NCBI GenBank assembly: GCA_937975135.1
Contig: CALJVA010000022.1
Coordinates: 7,118 to 71,117, forward strand
Direction: 5' to 3'
Length of the DNA: 64,000 nt
From: an uncultured Thermoactinomycetaceae bacterium
Lineage (GTDB): Bacteria > Bacillota > Bacilli > Thermoactinomycetales > CALJVA01
Program-made: the position numbers and the translations under genes
The notes under the pieces: model-generated
What the model was told of the DNA's origin: nothing
The model's database searches: none
The model's input: the letters and a program-made list of their open reading frames with translations, nothing else
In this document: positions 10,130 to 20,004 of the stretch, piece by piece
Position numbering within the stretch: position 1 is the stretch's first letter
How the letters are laid out: each line of letters opens with the position of its first letter

Positions 10130-11356
10130 TTGAATAAATACTTAATCAGCCTAGATATCGGAACTTCAAAAGTCCGGGTGATCGTTGCCGAAGTGGCGGA
10201 TGAAAATGCGCACATTGTCGGCGTGGGCTCGGCTGTTTCCAGGGGGATGAAGAAGGGAGCCATTATTGATATCGACGAAGCCGTCCAATCAATCCGCGAA
10301 GCGGTGGAGGATGCTGAGCGGATGGTAGGTATAGAGATAACGGGAGTTTATGTTGGGATTTCAGGCAATCATATTTCATTACAACCAAGTCATGGTGTAG
10401 TTGCTGTTTCCAGTGAGGACCGGGAAATCGGTTCGCAAGATATTGAACGCGTTTTACAAGCGGCTCGTGTAGTTGCCTTGCCACCAGAAAGGATTGTCGT
10501 CGAAGTTGTTCCCAAACAGTTTGTCGTTGATGGTCTTACAGGCATTCAGGATCCCCATGGGATGATCGGTGTACGACTCGAAGTAGAAGGACTAATTGTT
10601 ACAGGATCTAGAACGATTGTTCATAATGTTTTGCGATGTGTAGAAAAAGCATCACTCAGTGTATTGGGAATTGTTCTTCTCCCATTGGCTACAAGTGAAA
10701 TTTCGCTATCCTTGGATGAAAAAAATCTTGGTGTTGTCCTTGCTGATATCGGCGGGGGTACGACCACCCTCACGATTTTTCAACAAGGGAATCTAGAGGC
10801 AACCGTTGATCTTCCCATTGGTGGGGAATATATTACCAATGATATTGCGATTGGATTGCGTACACAGACAGAAGTAGCCCAGAAATTAAAAGAAGAATAC
10901 GGGGTTGCAGTTGTGGAAGAAGCATCCCGTGAACTCACATTTCCCGTTCCGACCATCGGAACTTACAAGGAGCGTATGGTATCACAGTTGGAGCTTGCCC
11001 ATATTATTGAACCACGGATTTCAGAAATATTTCAATTGCTACGACAACAAGTGATAAAGTTGGGTTATTCCCCAGAACCGGCAGGTGGGTTTGTTCTGAC
11101 AGGTGGTGTCTTATCGATACCCCATATTTCAAGGGTAGCAATGAATGAACTGGGTCAAGCCGTCCGCGTCGCGATTCCTGAAGCCAATGGTGTTCAGGAT
11201 CCATCTTATACGGGCAGTGTGGGAATGATTTATTATCTTCACCGCCGACGCTTGGCTCACTTCTCAGAACATGGGACTGAGACAGTCCGTCATAAATCGA
11301 AGCAAAATCCAACCGCTTTTGAACGGATGAAGAATTGGTTGAGCGAATTTATTTAA
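10130..11356 (+). CDS. ftsA: Cell division protein FtsA
   Basis: Motifs LDIGTSK, GVRLE, DIGGGTT and LTGG. TTG start 9 nt after GGAGGT. Confidence 0.95.
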   Translation: MNKYLISLDIGTSKVRVIVAEVADENAHIVGVGSAVSRGMKKGAIIDIDEAVQSIREAVEDAERMVGIEITGVYVGISGNHISLQPSHGVVAVSSEDREIGSQDIERVLQAARVVALPPERIVVEVVPKQFVVDGLTGIQDPHGMIGVRLEVEGLIVTGSRTIVHNVLRCVEKASLSVLGIVLLPLATSEISLSLDEKNLGVVLADIGGGTTTLTIFQQGNLEATVDLPIGGEYITNDIAIGLRTQTEVAQKLKEEYGVAVVEEASRELTFPVPTIGTYKERMVSQLELAHIIEPRISEIFQLLRQQVIKLGYSPEPAGGFVLTGGVLSIPHISRVAMNELGQAVRVAIPEANGVQDPSYTGSVGMIYYLHRRRLAHFSEHGTETVRHKSKQNPTAFERMKNWLSEFI

Positions 11357-11412
11357 ATTCCGCCCAAGGATGCCAAAGGGCAATTATGATCAAAAAATGG
11401 AGGGGACAAGCC

Positions 11413-12510
11413 ATGTTGGAATTCGAAATGGAAGTGGATCAGGTTGCACAGATTAAAGTCATTGGCGTAGGTGGGGGAGGAAGTAATGCCGTAAACCGGA
11501 TGATTGAGAGCGGTGTACAGGGTGTTGAATTTATTGCTGTCAATACCGATGCTCAAGCATTGGTCCATTCCAAGGCGGCTACTAAACTCCAGATTGGAGA
11601 AAAACTAACAAGGGGGTTAGGTGCAGGAGCCAACCCAGAGATTGGGAAAAAGGCTGCAGAGGAAAGTAGAGAAATGATCGAAAATTCATTGCGAGGAGCA
11701 GATATGGTATTTGTCACCGCCGGCATGGGTGGAGGAACGGGAACTGGAGCTGCCCCAGAGATTGCAGCAATCGCTCGGGAAATTGGTGCATTAACCGTTG
11801 GAGTGGTTACACGTCCTTTTACTTTCGAAGGTCGGAAACGTTCACTACAAGCGGAAAAAGGAGTAGCTGAGTTAAAAGATAAGGTAGATACATTGATTGT
11901 CATTCCCAATGACCGCTTACTCGAAATTGTGGATAAGAATACTCCCATGATCGAAGCTTTTCGTGAAGCAGATAATGTTTTGCGGCAAGGTGTACAAGGA
12001 ATTTCTGACTTGATTGCTGTGCCTGGTCTGATCAATCTTGACTTCGCAGATGTGAAAACGATCATGACTGAGCGTGGTTCTGCCTTGATGGGGATTGGCT
12101 CGGCCTCAGGGGAGCAACGGGCTGCTGAAGCAGCAAAAAAATCGATCTGTAGTCCTTTGCTGGAGACATCCATTGACGGTGCACGTGGTGTAATTATGAA
12201 TATTACAGGGGGAACCAATCTAAGCTTGTATGAAGTAAATGAAGCGGCGGATATTGTTACCTCGGCAGCTCACCAGGAAGTAAATATGATTTTTGGTGCT
12301 GTGATTAATGAAGATCTCAAGGATGAGATCGTGGTTACGGTCATTGCTACAGGATTTGATCATCAGGAAGAACGTGGAAAACAGCGTAAGCCCCAGTTTA
12401 AACTAGAGGAAGAGGGATCGGATCGTAATGTGGTTATTCAACCATTTAATCCTGACCTTGACGATAACTTAGAAATCCCTACCTTTCTCCGGTTTCGTCA
12501 GAAAAAATAA
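11413..12510 (+). CDS. ftsZ: Cell division protein FtsZ
   Basis: Tubulin signature [16 protein letters not shown], and C-terminal EIPTFLR peptide. Confidence 0.98.
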   Translation: MLEFEMEVDQVAQIKVIGVGGGGSNAVNRMIESGVQGVEFIAVNTDAQALVHSKAATKLQIGEKLTRGLGAGANPEIGKKAAEESREMIENSLRGADMVFVTAGMGGGTGTGAAPEIAAIAREIGALTVGVVTRPFTFEGRKRSLQAEKGVAELKDKVDTLIVIPNDRLLEIVDKNTPMIEAFREADNVLRQGVQGISDLIAVPGLINLDFADVKTIMTERGSALMGIGSASGEQRAAEAAKKSICSPLLETSIDGARGVIMNITGGTNLSLYEVNEAADIVTSAAHQEVNMIFGAVINEDLKDEIVVTVIATGFDHQEERGKQRKPQFKLEEEGSDRNVVIQPFNPDLDDNLEIPTFLRFRQKK

Positions 12511-12528
12511 TATAGAATTTCTTATTCC

Positions 12529-12570
12529 AAAAGAGCCATTTTTCCTAAATGGGGAAATGGCTCTTTTATT
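12529..12570 (+). terminator. Intrinsic terminator after ftsZ
   Basis: AAAAGAGCCATT...AATGGCTCTTTT inverted repeat followed by T-rich sequence. Confidence 0.8.
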
Positions 12571-12600
12571 TTGTTTTAGCCTTACATATTTTCCTTACAA

Positions 12601-12668
12601 TTCGACGAAAAAAGTGAGATCTAGATGGCAAGTTTAGACAGACTTTGAAATAGAGATAGTATTATACT
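12601..12668 (+). promoter_or_regulatory. spoIIG promoter region with Spo0A-box-like heptamers
   Basis: TTCGACG (12601) and TTAGACA (12634) are 6/7 matches to the reverse 0A box TTCGACA; -10 TATACT at 12663. The spoIIG promoter is known to be Spo0A-activated. Confidence 0.6.
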
Positions 12669-12702
12669 TAACTTATCATTTATGGAAGAGAGGAAGATGG
12701 AA

Positions 12703-13617
12703 ATGGTCGTTTACGCCGACATGGTCTTCCTCCTTAATCTTTGCATCGATTATTTGTTGTTATGGTTGACGGCGGTGATTCGCCGGCAAAAAGTATCTCC
12801 TTGGAGGATTTTGCTGGCTGCATTGCTTGGTGCAGGATATGCAGTATTTTATCTATGGCCGCATTTCTCTATTTTTTACTCGTTAACAGCGAAAATATTT
12901 TTTGCGTGTATGATGATTTGGATTGCCTTTGGTTTTGTTTCCCCAATTGCTTATCTGCGTAATATAGGAGTTTTTACGCTTAGCTCTTTTGTTATCGGAG
13001 GGGGGATGTTTGCACTCCATTACATCGTTACAGGAAAGGGCGAAGCTGCAGGAGGAATTTTTCTTACTCAATCAACTGGCTGGGGGTCACCTGTTTCATG
13101 GCTTTTTGTTTTATTGGCATTTCCAATAATCTGGATTTATGCACGCTACACTTTCCGATCAATTGAGAAACAAGAATCAGTAAGTCAGTATTTGGCTCGG
13201 GTAGCTATCTATTTTAATGAACAAAAAATTGAGTGTACCGGCTTGATCGATACAGGAAATCAGCTACGGGATCCGGTTACAAGAGCACCTGTAATGATGG
13301 TGGAATTGGAGCAATTAACTCCCTATCTTCCAACTGCAATCGAAAAGGTAGTAAAAGAAGAGAAGTGGGAAAGCTTAACTTTACTACTAACTCCTGAATG
13401 GATTCGCAGGATTTCGTTAATTCCATTTCGTGCTGCCGGTAATCGAGGTGGACTTCTTTTGGCGCTCAAAAGTGACAAAGTAGAGATCATGCAAGGGAGT
13501 GTATGCCATCAAAATAGCAATGTATTAGTGGGGTTGGATACAAGTCGTCTTTCTTCCGATGGGACCTATCAGGCGATTATCCATCCAGCTTGTATAAATG
13601 AGGCGAAGGCTGGATAA
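12703..13617 (+). CDS. spoIIGA: Pro-sigma-E processing aspartyl protease
   Basis: N-terminal MVVYADMVFLLN, several TM helices, catalytic GLIDTGNQL; lies directly before sigE. The start could be 12697. Confidence 0.93.
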   Translation: MVVYADMVFLLNLCIDYLLLWLTAVIRRQKVSPWRILLAALLGAGYAVFYLWPHFSIFYSLTAKIFFACMMIWIAFGFVSPIAYLRNIGVFTLSSFVIGGGMFALHYIVTGKGEAAGGIFLTQSTGWGSPVSWLFVLLAFPIIWIYARYTFRSIEKQESVSQYLARVAIYFNEQKIECTGLIDTGNQLRDPVTRAPVMMVELEQLTPYLPTAIEKVVKEEKWESLTLLLTPEWIRRISLIPFRAAGNRGGLLLALKSDKVEIMQGSVCHQNSNVLVGLDTSRLSSDGTYQAIIHPACINEAKAG

Positions 13618-13655
13618 TTCCCCTTTGAGTGTATATTTCGAAGGAGGTTATTTAC

Positions 13656-14378
13656 ATGCTTGTCAAATGGAAGATCATGCTGCAACTTCTTTGGTATCGC
13701 ATTCTTATGCATATTGGGCTAAAAGGAGAAGAGATTTATTATATTGGAGGGAGTGAAGCACTTCCTCCACCTTTAAGCCGTGAGGAAGAGCTTCATTTGT
13801 TGGAGCGTCTTCCAGAAGGTGATGCAGCAGTTCGGGCGATTTTAATTGAGCGGAATTTACGTTTGGTTGTTTATATTGCCCGTAAATTTGAGAATACAGG
13901 CATTAATATTGAGGATTTGGTCTCCATCGGGACGATCGGCTTAATTAAAGCAGTGAAGACTTTTGATCCCTCCAAAAAAATCAAGCTGGCTACCTATGCA
14001 TCCCGGTGTATCGAAAATGAGATTTTAATGTTCCTCCGCCGAAATAATAAAGTGCGTTCGGAAGTCTCATTTGATGAACCCTTAAATACAGATTGGGATG
14101 GGAATGAGCTACTGCTATCCGATATTCTTGGGACTGAGAATGATATTATTTACCGCAATATAGAAGATGAGGTGGATCGAAAAATTTTGCGTATCGCCCT
14201 CTCGAAATTATCGGAACGGGAACAACGGATCATGGAATTGCGCTTTGGACTTAATGGTGGAGAAGAGAAGACACAAAAAGATGTGGCAGATTTATTAGGT
14301 ATTTCTCAATCCTACATTTCCCGTTTGGAAAAGAGAATTATAAAGCGGCTACGGAAGGAGTTTAGCAAAATGGTATGA
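13656..14378 (+). CDS. sigE: RNA polymerase sporulation sigma factor E (pro-form)
   Basis: Pro-sequence, then [27 protein letters not shown] and [12 protein letters not shown]; AAGGAGG RBS. Confidence 0.97.
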   Translation: MLVKWKIMLQLLWYRILMHIGLKGEEIYYIGGSEALPPPLSREEELHLLERLPEGDAAVRAILIERNLRLVVYIARKFENTGINIEDLVSIGTIGLIKAVKTFDPSKKIKLATYASRCIENEILMFLRRNNKVRSEVSFDEPLNTDWDGNELLLSDILGTENDIIYRNIEDEVDRKILRIALSKLSEREQRIMELRFGLNGGEEKTQKDVADLLGISQSYISRLEKRIIKRLRKEFSKMV

Positions 14379-14420
14379 TGCGTTGGATCAAAAAAAGAAG
14401 ATAATTTTCTCCACACTTAG

Positions 14421-14450
14421 AAGAGCCCTACATGATACAGGGCTTTTTTG
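14421..14450 (+). terminator. Intrinsic terminator after sigE
   Basis: GAGCCCT...AGGGCTT followed by a T run. Confidence 0.65.
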
Positions 14451-14453
14451 TTT

Positions 14454-14483
14454 ATTATAAAAACCCATTGAAGGGAGATACTA
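14454..14483 (+). promoter_or_regulatory. Putative SigF/SigG promoter of sigG
   Basis: TTATAA...GGAGATACTA. The -10 fits GGnnAnAnTR and resembles the B. subtilis sigG -10. Confidence 0.6.
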
Positions 14484-14523
14484 GCAGTAGTGCATTAGTA
14501 ATGCTTCCGTAGGAGGGGAACTC

Positions 14524-15300
14524 ATGGCGCGAAATAAAGTGGAAATCTGTGGAGTGGATACATCAAAGCTCCCAGTCCTGACCAACAAAGAGATGCGCGC
14601 TTTATTTCGATCCCTGCAGGAGGGAGACCGATCTGCTCGGGAAAAACTGGTCAATGGTAATCTCCGATTGGTACTAAGTGTGATTCAACGCTTTAATAAT
14701 CGTGGAGAAAATGTAGACGATTTGTTCCAAGTGGGTTGTATTGGGCTGATGAAGGCGATTGACAACTTTGATCTAGGGCAAAATGTTAAATTTTCCACCT
14801 ATGCGGTTCCCATGATTATTGGAGAAATTCGCCGTTATTTACGAGATAATAACCCGATACGTGTCTCCCGTTCTTTGCGAGATATTGCTTATAAGGCTTT
14901 ACAAGTAAGAGATACACTTACCAATCGCTATTCCCGGGAGCCTACGATCAATGAAATATCGGAATCACTGAATGTCCCCAAGGAAGATGTTGTTTTTGCC
15001 TTGGATGCGATCCAAGATCCAGTGTCATTGTTTGAACCGATCTACCAAGAGGGTGGCGATCCCATTTATGTAATGGACCAGTTAAGTGATGATCAGGAGA
15101 AAGACTTGCATTGGGTAGAAGAAATTGCTTTGCGAGAAGCGATGAACCGGTTAAATAACCGAGAAAAAATGATTTTATCTATGCGTTTTTTTGAAGGAAA
15201 GACTCAGATGGAGGTAGCGAGTGAAATAGGTATTTCGCAGGCGCAAGTATCACGATTGGAAAAGGCCGCCATCAATCAAATGCAAAAATATATCAACTAA
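14524..15300 (+). CDS. sigG: RNA polymerase sporulation sigma factor G
   Basis: Motifs MARNKVEICGVDTSKLPVL, GNLRLVLSVIQRF and GISQAQVSRLEK. Confidence 0.98.
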   Translation: MARNKVEICGVDTSKLPVLTNKEMRALFRSLQEGDRSAREKLVNGNLRLVLSVIQRFNNRGENVDDLFQVGCIGLMKAIDNFDLGQNVKFSTYAVPMIIGEIRRYLRDNNPIRVSRSLRDIAYKALQVRDTLTNRYSREPTINEISESLNVPKEDVVFALDAIQDPVSLFEPIYQEGGDPIYVMDQLSDDQEKDLHWVEEIALREAMNRLNNREKMILSMRFFEGKTQMEVASEIGISQAQVSRLEKAAINQMQKYIN

Positions 15301-15389
15301 CAGTTAACTCCAGAATAAAATTTCGCTCATTGCTGAGGTAAGACACACCAGTCACAAAGTATTAAGTTAACATGTGCTTTTGTGTCGGT

Positions 15390-15448
15390 CATGAGGTATC
15401 CTTTCTGTTTCATTTGCTTAGAAGCAAAGTTACTAAAGGTACCTCATG
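15390..15448. repeat. Long imperfect palindrome (two-tier hairpin) in the sigG-ylmC gap
   Basis: CATGAGGTA(T)CCTTT pairs with AAAGGTACCTCATG (14 bp, one bulge); inner TTTGCTT/AAGCAAA. Confidence 0.65.
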
Positions 15449-15511
15449 TCTTTCTTTTTAAACAAGTATTCATTATTGTTGTATAACCTAGATTTGCGCC
15501 AATTTTACTTT

Positions 15512-15540
15512 GTACATTTTTTCTTCCCGAATCATATACT
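15512..15540 (+). promoter_or_regulatory. Putative SigE promoter of ylmC
   Basis: GTACATT-14 nt-CATATACT. Confidence 0.4.
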
Positions 15541-15569
15541 TGGAGTAAACAAGGGGGTGGGCGATAAAA

Positions 15570-15857
15570 ATGATAAAAATCTCTGAACTGCAATCTAAAG
15601 AGGTAATTAATATTTCCGATGGACGGAGGTTAGGTCAGATTCATGATTTAGAACTTGATTTAAGGGAAGGGATTATTAAAGCGATTGTTGTACCTGGAGA
15701 ATCAAAACTTTTTGGTTTAATTTCAGGAGGGCGCGAATGGGTGATTCCTTGGAGGCAAGTTGTGAAAATTGGTACAGATGTTATTTTTGTGCGGATCAGT
15801 CATCCCAATCCGAACAGTAATGAGCTAGAAACACGCCCACTGCTTATGGGAGATTAG
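15570..15857 (+). CDS. ylmC: YlmC/YmxH family sporulation PRC-barrel protein
   Basis: Motifs KISELQSKEVINISDGRRLG and IPWRQVVKIGTDVI; downstream of sigG. Confidence 0.9.
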   Translation: MIKISELQSKEVINISDGRRLGQIHDLELDLREGIIKAIVVPGESKLFGLISGGREWVIPWRQVVKIGTDVIFVRISHPNPNSNELETRPLLMGD

Positions 15858-15944
15858 AGATCTGGTCTATATATATACATTATTATTCCTTAAATACTTT
15901 GTCTCTCCATTGGTATGTGGTAAGATAAAAGAGGAGGGGAAGAT

Positions 15945-16787
15945 ATGGAACCTTTTCAATACCAGGATGGAGCGGTCCCATACTTGACGCTACCAATCTG
16001 GGAAAAGAAATTCCCTCATTTAATTGTAGGAATGAGTGCTCGTAGACCTACTGATGAGGATAATGGTTACGCATGGAATTATGCGCTTCATGTGGAGGAT
16101 AATCCAACCCATGTGATTGAAAATCGTGTAAAATTAATGGACATGCTTAACCTTCCGATTTCCTCATGGACATGTGGAGAGCAGGTTCATGGAACCCACA
16201 TTCATGAGGTGACCAAGGAGGAAGGTGGAAGAGGAAGTACATCCCAGAAAACCGCTTTCGCGAATACAGATGGATTACTTACTTGTCAAGAAAATCTTTT
16301 GTTAACCTCCTTTTATGCCGATTGTGTTCCGCTGATTTTTTATAGTCCTGCTACAGGATGGTTAGGAATTGCTCATGCCGGGTGGCGCGGTACGACTTCT
16401 GGGATTGCATCACAGATGGTGCGCCAGCTGGTTCAGCGAGGAGCGGTCCCTGAGGAGATTTATGTAGCGATTGCCCCATCGATTGGCGGTTGTTGTTATG
16501 AAGTGGATGAGCCTGTAATAAAGGCTCTTACTCAAATCTTAGTCCGTCCATCTGAAAAGGTGGTCAAACCAGCGGGTAGAGGGAAGTGGAAATTGGATCT
16601 ACGCCAGGCCAATCGTGAAATCCTTCTTAATGAGGGAATTCGACCAGAACACCTATTGGTTACCCAACTGTGCACGAGCTGTCGAGCAGATTTATTTTAT
16701 TCTTACCGGCGGGATCGAGGAAAGGTAGGTCGAATGGTGGCTTGGATTGGTAGACGAAAGGATCGAAATAAAATATGGAGCGTATAA
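15945..16787 (+). CDS. pgeF: Peptidoglycan editing factor / purine nucleoside phosphorylase (YfiH family)
   Basis: Motifs EQVHG, DGLLT, ADCVPL, HAGWRG, PSIGGCCYEV and FYSYRR. Confidence 0.92.
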   Translation: MEPFQYQDGAVPYLTLPIWEKKFPHLIVGMSARRPTDEDNGYAWNYALHVEDNPTHVIENRVKLMDMLNLPISSWTCGEQVHGTHIHEVTKEEGGRGSTSQKTAFANTDGLLTCQENLLLTSFYADCVPLIFYSPATGWLGIAHAGWRGTTSGIASQMVRQLVQRGAVPEEIYVAIAPSIGGCCYEVDEPVIKALTQILVRPSEKVVKPAGRGKWKLDLRQANREILLNEGIRPEHLLVTQLCTSCRADLFYSYRRDRGKVGRMVAWIGRRKDRNKIWSV

Positions 16788-17458
16788 AACAGAACTGGGA
16801 AGAAATCCAAAAAAACATTGCAGCTGCTTGTGCCCGAGCAGGGCGAAATCCGCAAGAAGTAAAAGTAGTGGCAGTAACTAAATACTTAGATTTAGAGACA
16901 ACACGGCAAGTACTTGATCTAGGCTTGACTGAGATTGGGGAAAGCCGGGTCCAGGAAGCGGTTCCTAAGTACGAAGTATTGGGGGACCGAGGCACCTGGC
17001 ATTTTATTGGTCACTTACAACGAAATAAAGTGAAAAATGTTGTGGGCCGTTTTACATATATCCACTCGCTCGATCGGTTTTCCCTTGCACAAGAGATTAG
17101 TCGACGGGCCGAAAACGTAGGATGTACCATGCGGTGTTTTATCCAGGTGAATGTGTCAGGAGAGGAGAGCAAATTTGGTCTTGCACCGGATGAAGTGATG
17201 GACTTCGTTGAAGAGGTAGTCCAACTACCCCATATTCATCTGGAAGGACTGATGACCATGGCCCCCCGTGTAGAAGTACCGGAGGAAACCCGACCAGTCT
17301 TTCGACAACTGGCTGAAATGAGGCGAAAATTGCAAGAAGATAAAGGATTGTCTCTTCCACATCTGTCGATGGGTATGTCACAAGACTACGAAATTGCAGT
17401 TGAAGAAGGGGCAACATGGCTTCGTCTCGGCTCTGTACTAGTAGGAGGGACACGGTAG
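16775..17458 (+). CDS. yggS: PLP homeostasis protein (YggS/YlmE)
   Basis: Motifs [24 protein letters not shown] and LSMGMSQDY. Confidence 0.93.
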   Translation: MERIKQNWEEIQKNIAAACARAGRNPQEVKVVAVTKYLDLETTRQVLDLGLTEIGESRVQEAVPKYEVLGDRGTWHFIGHLQRNKVKNVVGRFTYIHSLDRFSLAQEISRRAENVGCTMRCFIQVNVSGEESKFGLAPDEVMDFVEEVVQLPHIHLEGLMTMAPRVEVPEETRPVFRQLAEMRRKLQEDKGLSLPHLSMGMSQDYEIAVEEGATWLRLGSVLVGGTR

Positions 17459-17483
17459 AGCTGGTGGAAGAGGAGGCGATTTA

Positions 17484-17891
17484 ATGAGTGTGATGGAGCG
17501 GATTATGGGTTTTTTTGGGATTAGCGAAGAAGAGATTAATGAACAGAAGGAGGCACTACAGTCCTCATCTTCTCAAGGGCGTGGCAAGGTCGTTTCCCTG
17601 CATTCGCAAAAGAATATCCGCGTCGTACTAATTGAACCACACACCTATGACGAGGCACAAGAAATCGCCGACAATTTAAAAAGCCACCGGCCTGTTGTGG
17701 TTAATTTACAGCGGGTACATCGAGATCAAGCCCTACGAATTGTCGATTTTTTAAGTGGAACGGTTTATGCATTGGGGGGGACGATTCATAAGTTAGGTCC
17801 ACATATATTTATTTGCACACCTGCCAACGTGGATATCCAGGGGAATATCAGTGATATCATGGCAGATGAAGCGAAGGATTTATTGAGGTGA
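17484..17891 (+). CDS. sepF: Cell division protein SepF
   Basis: Motifs [20 protein letters not shown] and [15 protein letters not shown]. Confidence 0.95.
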   Translation: MSVMERIMGFFGISEEEINEQKEALQSSSSQGRGKVVSLHSQKNIRVVLIEPHTYDEAQEIADNLKSHRPVVVNLQRVHRDQALRIVDFLSGTVYALGGTIHKLGPHIFICTPANVDIQGNISDIMADEAKDLLR

Positions 17892-17897
17892 CGGGCT

Positions 17898-18167
17898 GTG
17901 GAGGTAATTGCAGTTGTTCGACTGCTATTTAGAATTTATTGGTTTATGATTATTGGCTATATTTTACTTTCCTGGTTTCCCCAGGCGCGAGAGTCGCCAA
18001 TTGCCCAACTTTTATCCCGGATGGTAGAACCGTATCTTTCTATTTTTCGCTTTATACCACCTATCGGAATTTTTGACATTTCTCCGATCATCGCATTAAT
18101 TGCATTACAATTTGTCCAAGCAGGTGTAGAATATATTATACTACTGATACTAGGAATGTTAGGATAA
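17898..18167 (+). CDS. ylmG: YggT family membrane protein
   Basis: Motifs ILLSWFP, EPYL and IFDISPIIAL. Confidence 0.9.
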   Translation: MEVIAVVRLLFRIYWFMIIGYILLSWFPQARESPIAQLLSRMVEPYLSIFRFIPPIGIFDISPIIALIALQFVQAGVEYIILLILGMLG

Positions 18168-18958
18168 TGAGAAATAAGGAAGTATTGTTTCCACATTTTT
18201 CACAGGAAGAACATCCTTTTGTTGAACGTGCTCTGGATTGGATTGACCAGGTGATCCATCGACAACGTCCATATCTAACTTCCTTTCTTGATCCCCGTCA
18301 ACAACAGATCGTAAAGATGTTGGCACAGCGCGAATCGGATTTAAGATTGGAAGCAGAGGGCGGTTATCCTGAAGCAGAGCGACGGCGACTCCTTCTCCTC
18401 CCCCTTTTCCAGACTGCTGAAGAGGGGGATTTTCAGTTAGCTTTTTTACGACTCGATTATCCAACACAATCCCGAGTGGAGCATCGAGATATCTTGGGTT
18501 CCCTCTTGGGACTAGGGATTAAAAGAACACTTTTTGGGGATATATTGATTCATAAGAATAGCAATCAGACAGACTTGATTGTGGCAGCTGAAATTGCTGA
18601 TTATGTTCTCCTACATTTAACTCATGTCGGTCGTACTAAGATCCGGATTAAGAAAATAGAGCAGGAAGAGCTGATAATTCCTCCACGCTCTTTTGAAACC
18701 TGGAAAGTTTCAGTAGCTTCTTTACGAGTAGATACGATCGTGGCTGAAGGTTTTCGTCTGTCTCGTTCGAAAGCAGTTCAGTTGATTCGCAATGGAAAGT
18801 GTCAGGTAAATTGGAGACCGATTGATAATCCTGCAACTCCTATTCAAGTGGAGGATATGATTTCGATTCGCGGAGCGGGCAGGATTTATGTTTTAGGAAT
18901 CGAAGGAGTCTCAAGGAAGAAACGTATTCAAGTACAGTTAGGGAAAATAAAGGATTAA
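18167..18958 (+). CDS. ylmH: S4-domain RNA-binding protein
   Basis: Motifs FLDP, GGYPEAERRR, HRDILGSLLGLG and C-terminal S4 (SLRVDTIV...SRSKA). Confidence 0.9.
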   Translation: MRNKEVLFPHFSQEEHPFVERALDWIDQVIHRQRPYLTSFLDPRQQQIVKMLAQRESDLRLEAEGGYPEAERRRLLLLPLFQTAEEGDFQLAFLRLDYPTQSRVEHRDILGSLLGLGIKRTLFGDILIHKNSNQTDLIVAAEIADYVLLHLTHVGRTKIRIKKIEQEELIIPPRSFETWKVSVASLRVDTIVAEGFRLSRSKAVQLIRNGKCQVNWRPIDNPATPIQVEDMISIRGAGRIYVLGIEGVSRKKRIQVQLGKIKD

Positions 18959-18978
18959 GATAAACTAGTATAAATCCC

Positions 18979-19007
18979 TTTAAAGGAGGCGGTTTTTATG
19001 GTATAAT
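18979..19007 (+). promoter_or_regulatory. Putative SigA promoter (extended -10) upstream of divIVA
   Basis: TTTAAA-17 nt-TATAAT with TG immediately upstream of the -10 (TGGTATAAT). Confidence 0.55.
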
Positions 19008-19077
19008 CCTTCCCGTTATAGCTGTTCGACCAAACAGATGAATTTCCCAATTCTGGTCTTAGTGTCGTTGTTTACCG

Positions 19078-19105
19078 GGAGGATTTTATTTTAGTTTTGT
19101 CGAAT
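19078..19105 (+). promoter_or_regulatory. Putative SigH promoter of divIVA overlapped by a perfect Spo0A box
   Basis: GGAGGATTT-12 nt-GTCGAAT fits the SigH consensus; TGTCGAA at 19098-19104. Confidence 0.65.
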
Positions 19106-19140
19106 GTAGGGGGAAGCCAATTTTTAGAGGAGGTGCTTGC

Positions 19141-19947
19141 ATGCCACTTACGCCTTTAGATATACACAATAAAGAATTTAAACGTTCATTCCGCGGTTAT
19201 GACGTTGATGAAGTAAATGATTTTTTGGATCAGATTATTAAGGACTTTGAATTTCTTATTCGAGAAAAACAGCAGTTAGAACAACAGGTGGAGGAGTTGC
19301 AGCAAGAATTAGACCGGGTGATGGAAGAGCAATCGATGTCTTCCATGCCATCCCATGCCCCAATGCCGCAACAACAGTCCATCTATCAGCCACCGGAGCC
19401 GGCTCAGGCACAGGTGCCCGCTTCAACAATTAATACGCTTACTTCTATGGAACAAAGTATTCATAAATCAATCCGTGTCGCTCAGGAAGTCGCGGATGAA
19501 GTGCGGTTAAATGCGAAAAAGGAAGCGGAGTTAATTGTTCAGGAAGCTGAGAAAAATGCTGACCGAATTATTAATGAGGCACTTCAGAAAGCGCGAGCGA
19601 TCCATAGTGAACTTTTGGATCTAAAGCAAAAATCTACAATATACCGAGCACGTTTCCGTACGTTAATTCAATCTCATATGGATATTCTGGAAAACTCCGA
19701 TTGGGAATCCCTTGAAGAGTTGGAAGAAGGGCTAGAAGAAAAGGAAAAGGAATTTGATGCCTATCAAATGAGTGGCCCCGAACCGTTAGATAATACAAAT
19801 CCAAACCATCACTTTACTAATTTTCATGATCACGACTATCAATCTCATTTGGAGGATGCGGACCACTCCTATTTAGAAGAGGAAGAGGAACCGCGGCGTG
19901 AGCTGCGACGTACAGCCCGTAAGTTAAAAAAGAAAGCAATGTTTTAA
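19141..19947 (+). CDS. divIVA: Polar scaffold DivIVA, with internal insertion and C-terminal extension
   Basis: Motifs MPLTPLDIHNKEF, RGYDVDEVNDFLD and AEKNADRII; lies between ylmH and ileS. Confidence 0.95.
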   Translation: MPLTPLDIHNKEFKRSFRGYDVDEVNDFLDQIIKDFEFLIREKQQLEQQVEELQQELDRVMEEQSMSSMPSHAPMPQQQSIYQPPEPAQAQVPASTINTLTSMEQSIHKSIRVAQEVADEVRLNAKKEAELIVQEAEKNADRIINEALQKARAIHSELLDLKQKSTIYRARFRTLIQSHMDILENSDWESLEELEEGLEEKEKEFDAYQMSGPEPLDNTNPNHHFTNFHDHDYQSHLEDADHSYLEEEEEPRRELRRTARKLKKKAMF

Positions 19948-19954
19948 TATATAC

Positions 19955-19984
19955 TTGACGGAATGGTTTTCCACCATTTATAAT
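19955..19984 (+). promoter_or_regulatory. SigA promoter of the ileS leader
   Basis: TTGACG-18 nt-TATAAT. Confidence 0.7.
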
Positions 19985-20004
19985 AATTGATCATTAATAC
20001 GTTA

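Noticed and set aside
10125-10133. ATG-TTT-TGA mini-ORF overlapping the ftsA TTG start
   Set aside because: The ATG is only 4 nt from the SD while the TTG is at an optimal 9 nt, so it is most simply incidental.
18981-19006. AAAGGAGG-8 nt-ATG GTA TAA (two-codon ORF with a perfect SD)
   Set aside because: The same bases are the spacer and extended -10 of a SigA-like promoter, so they would lie upstream of that transcript's start. There is no independent support.
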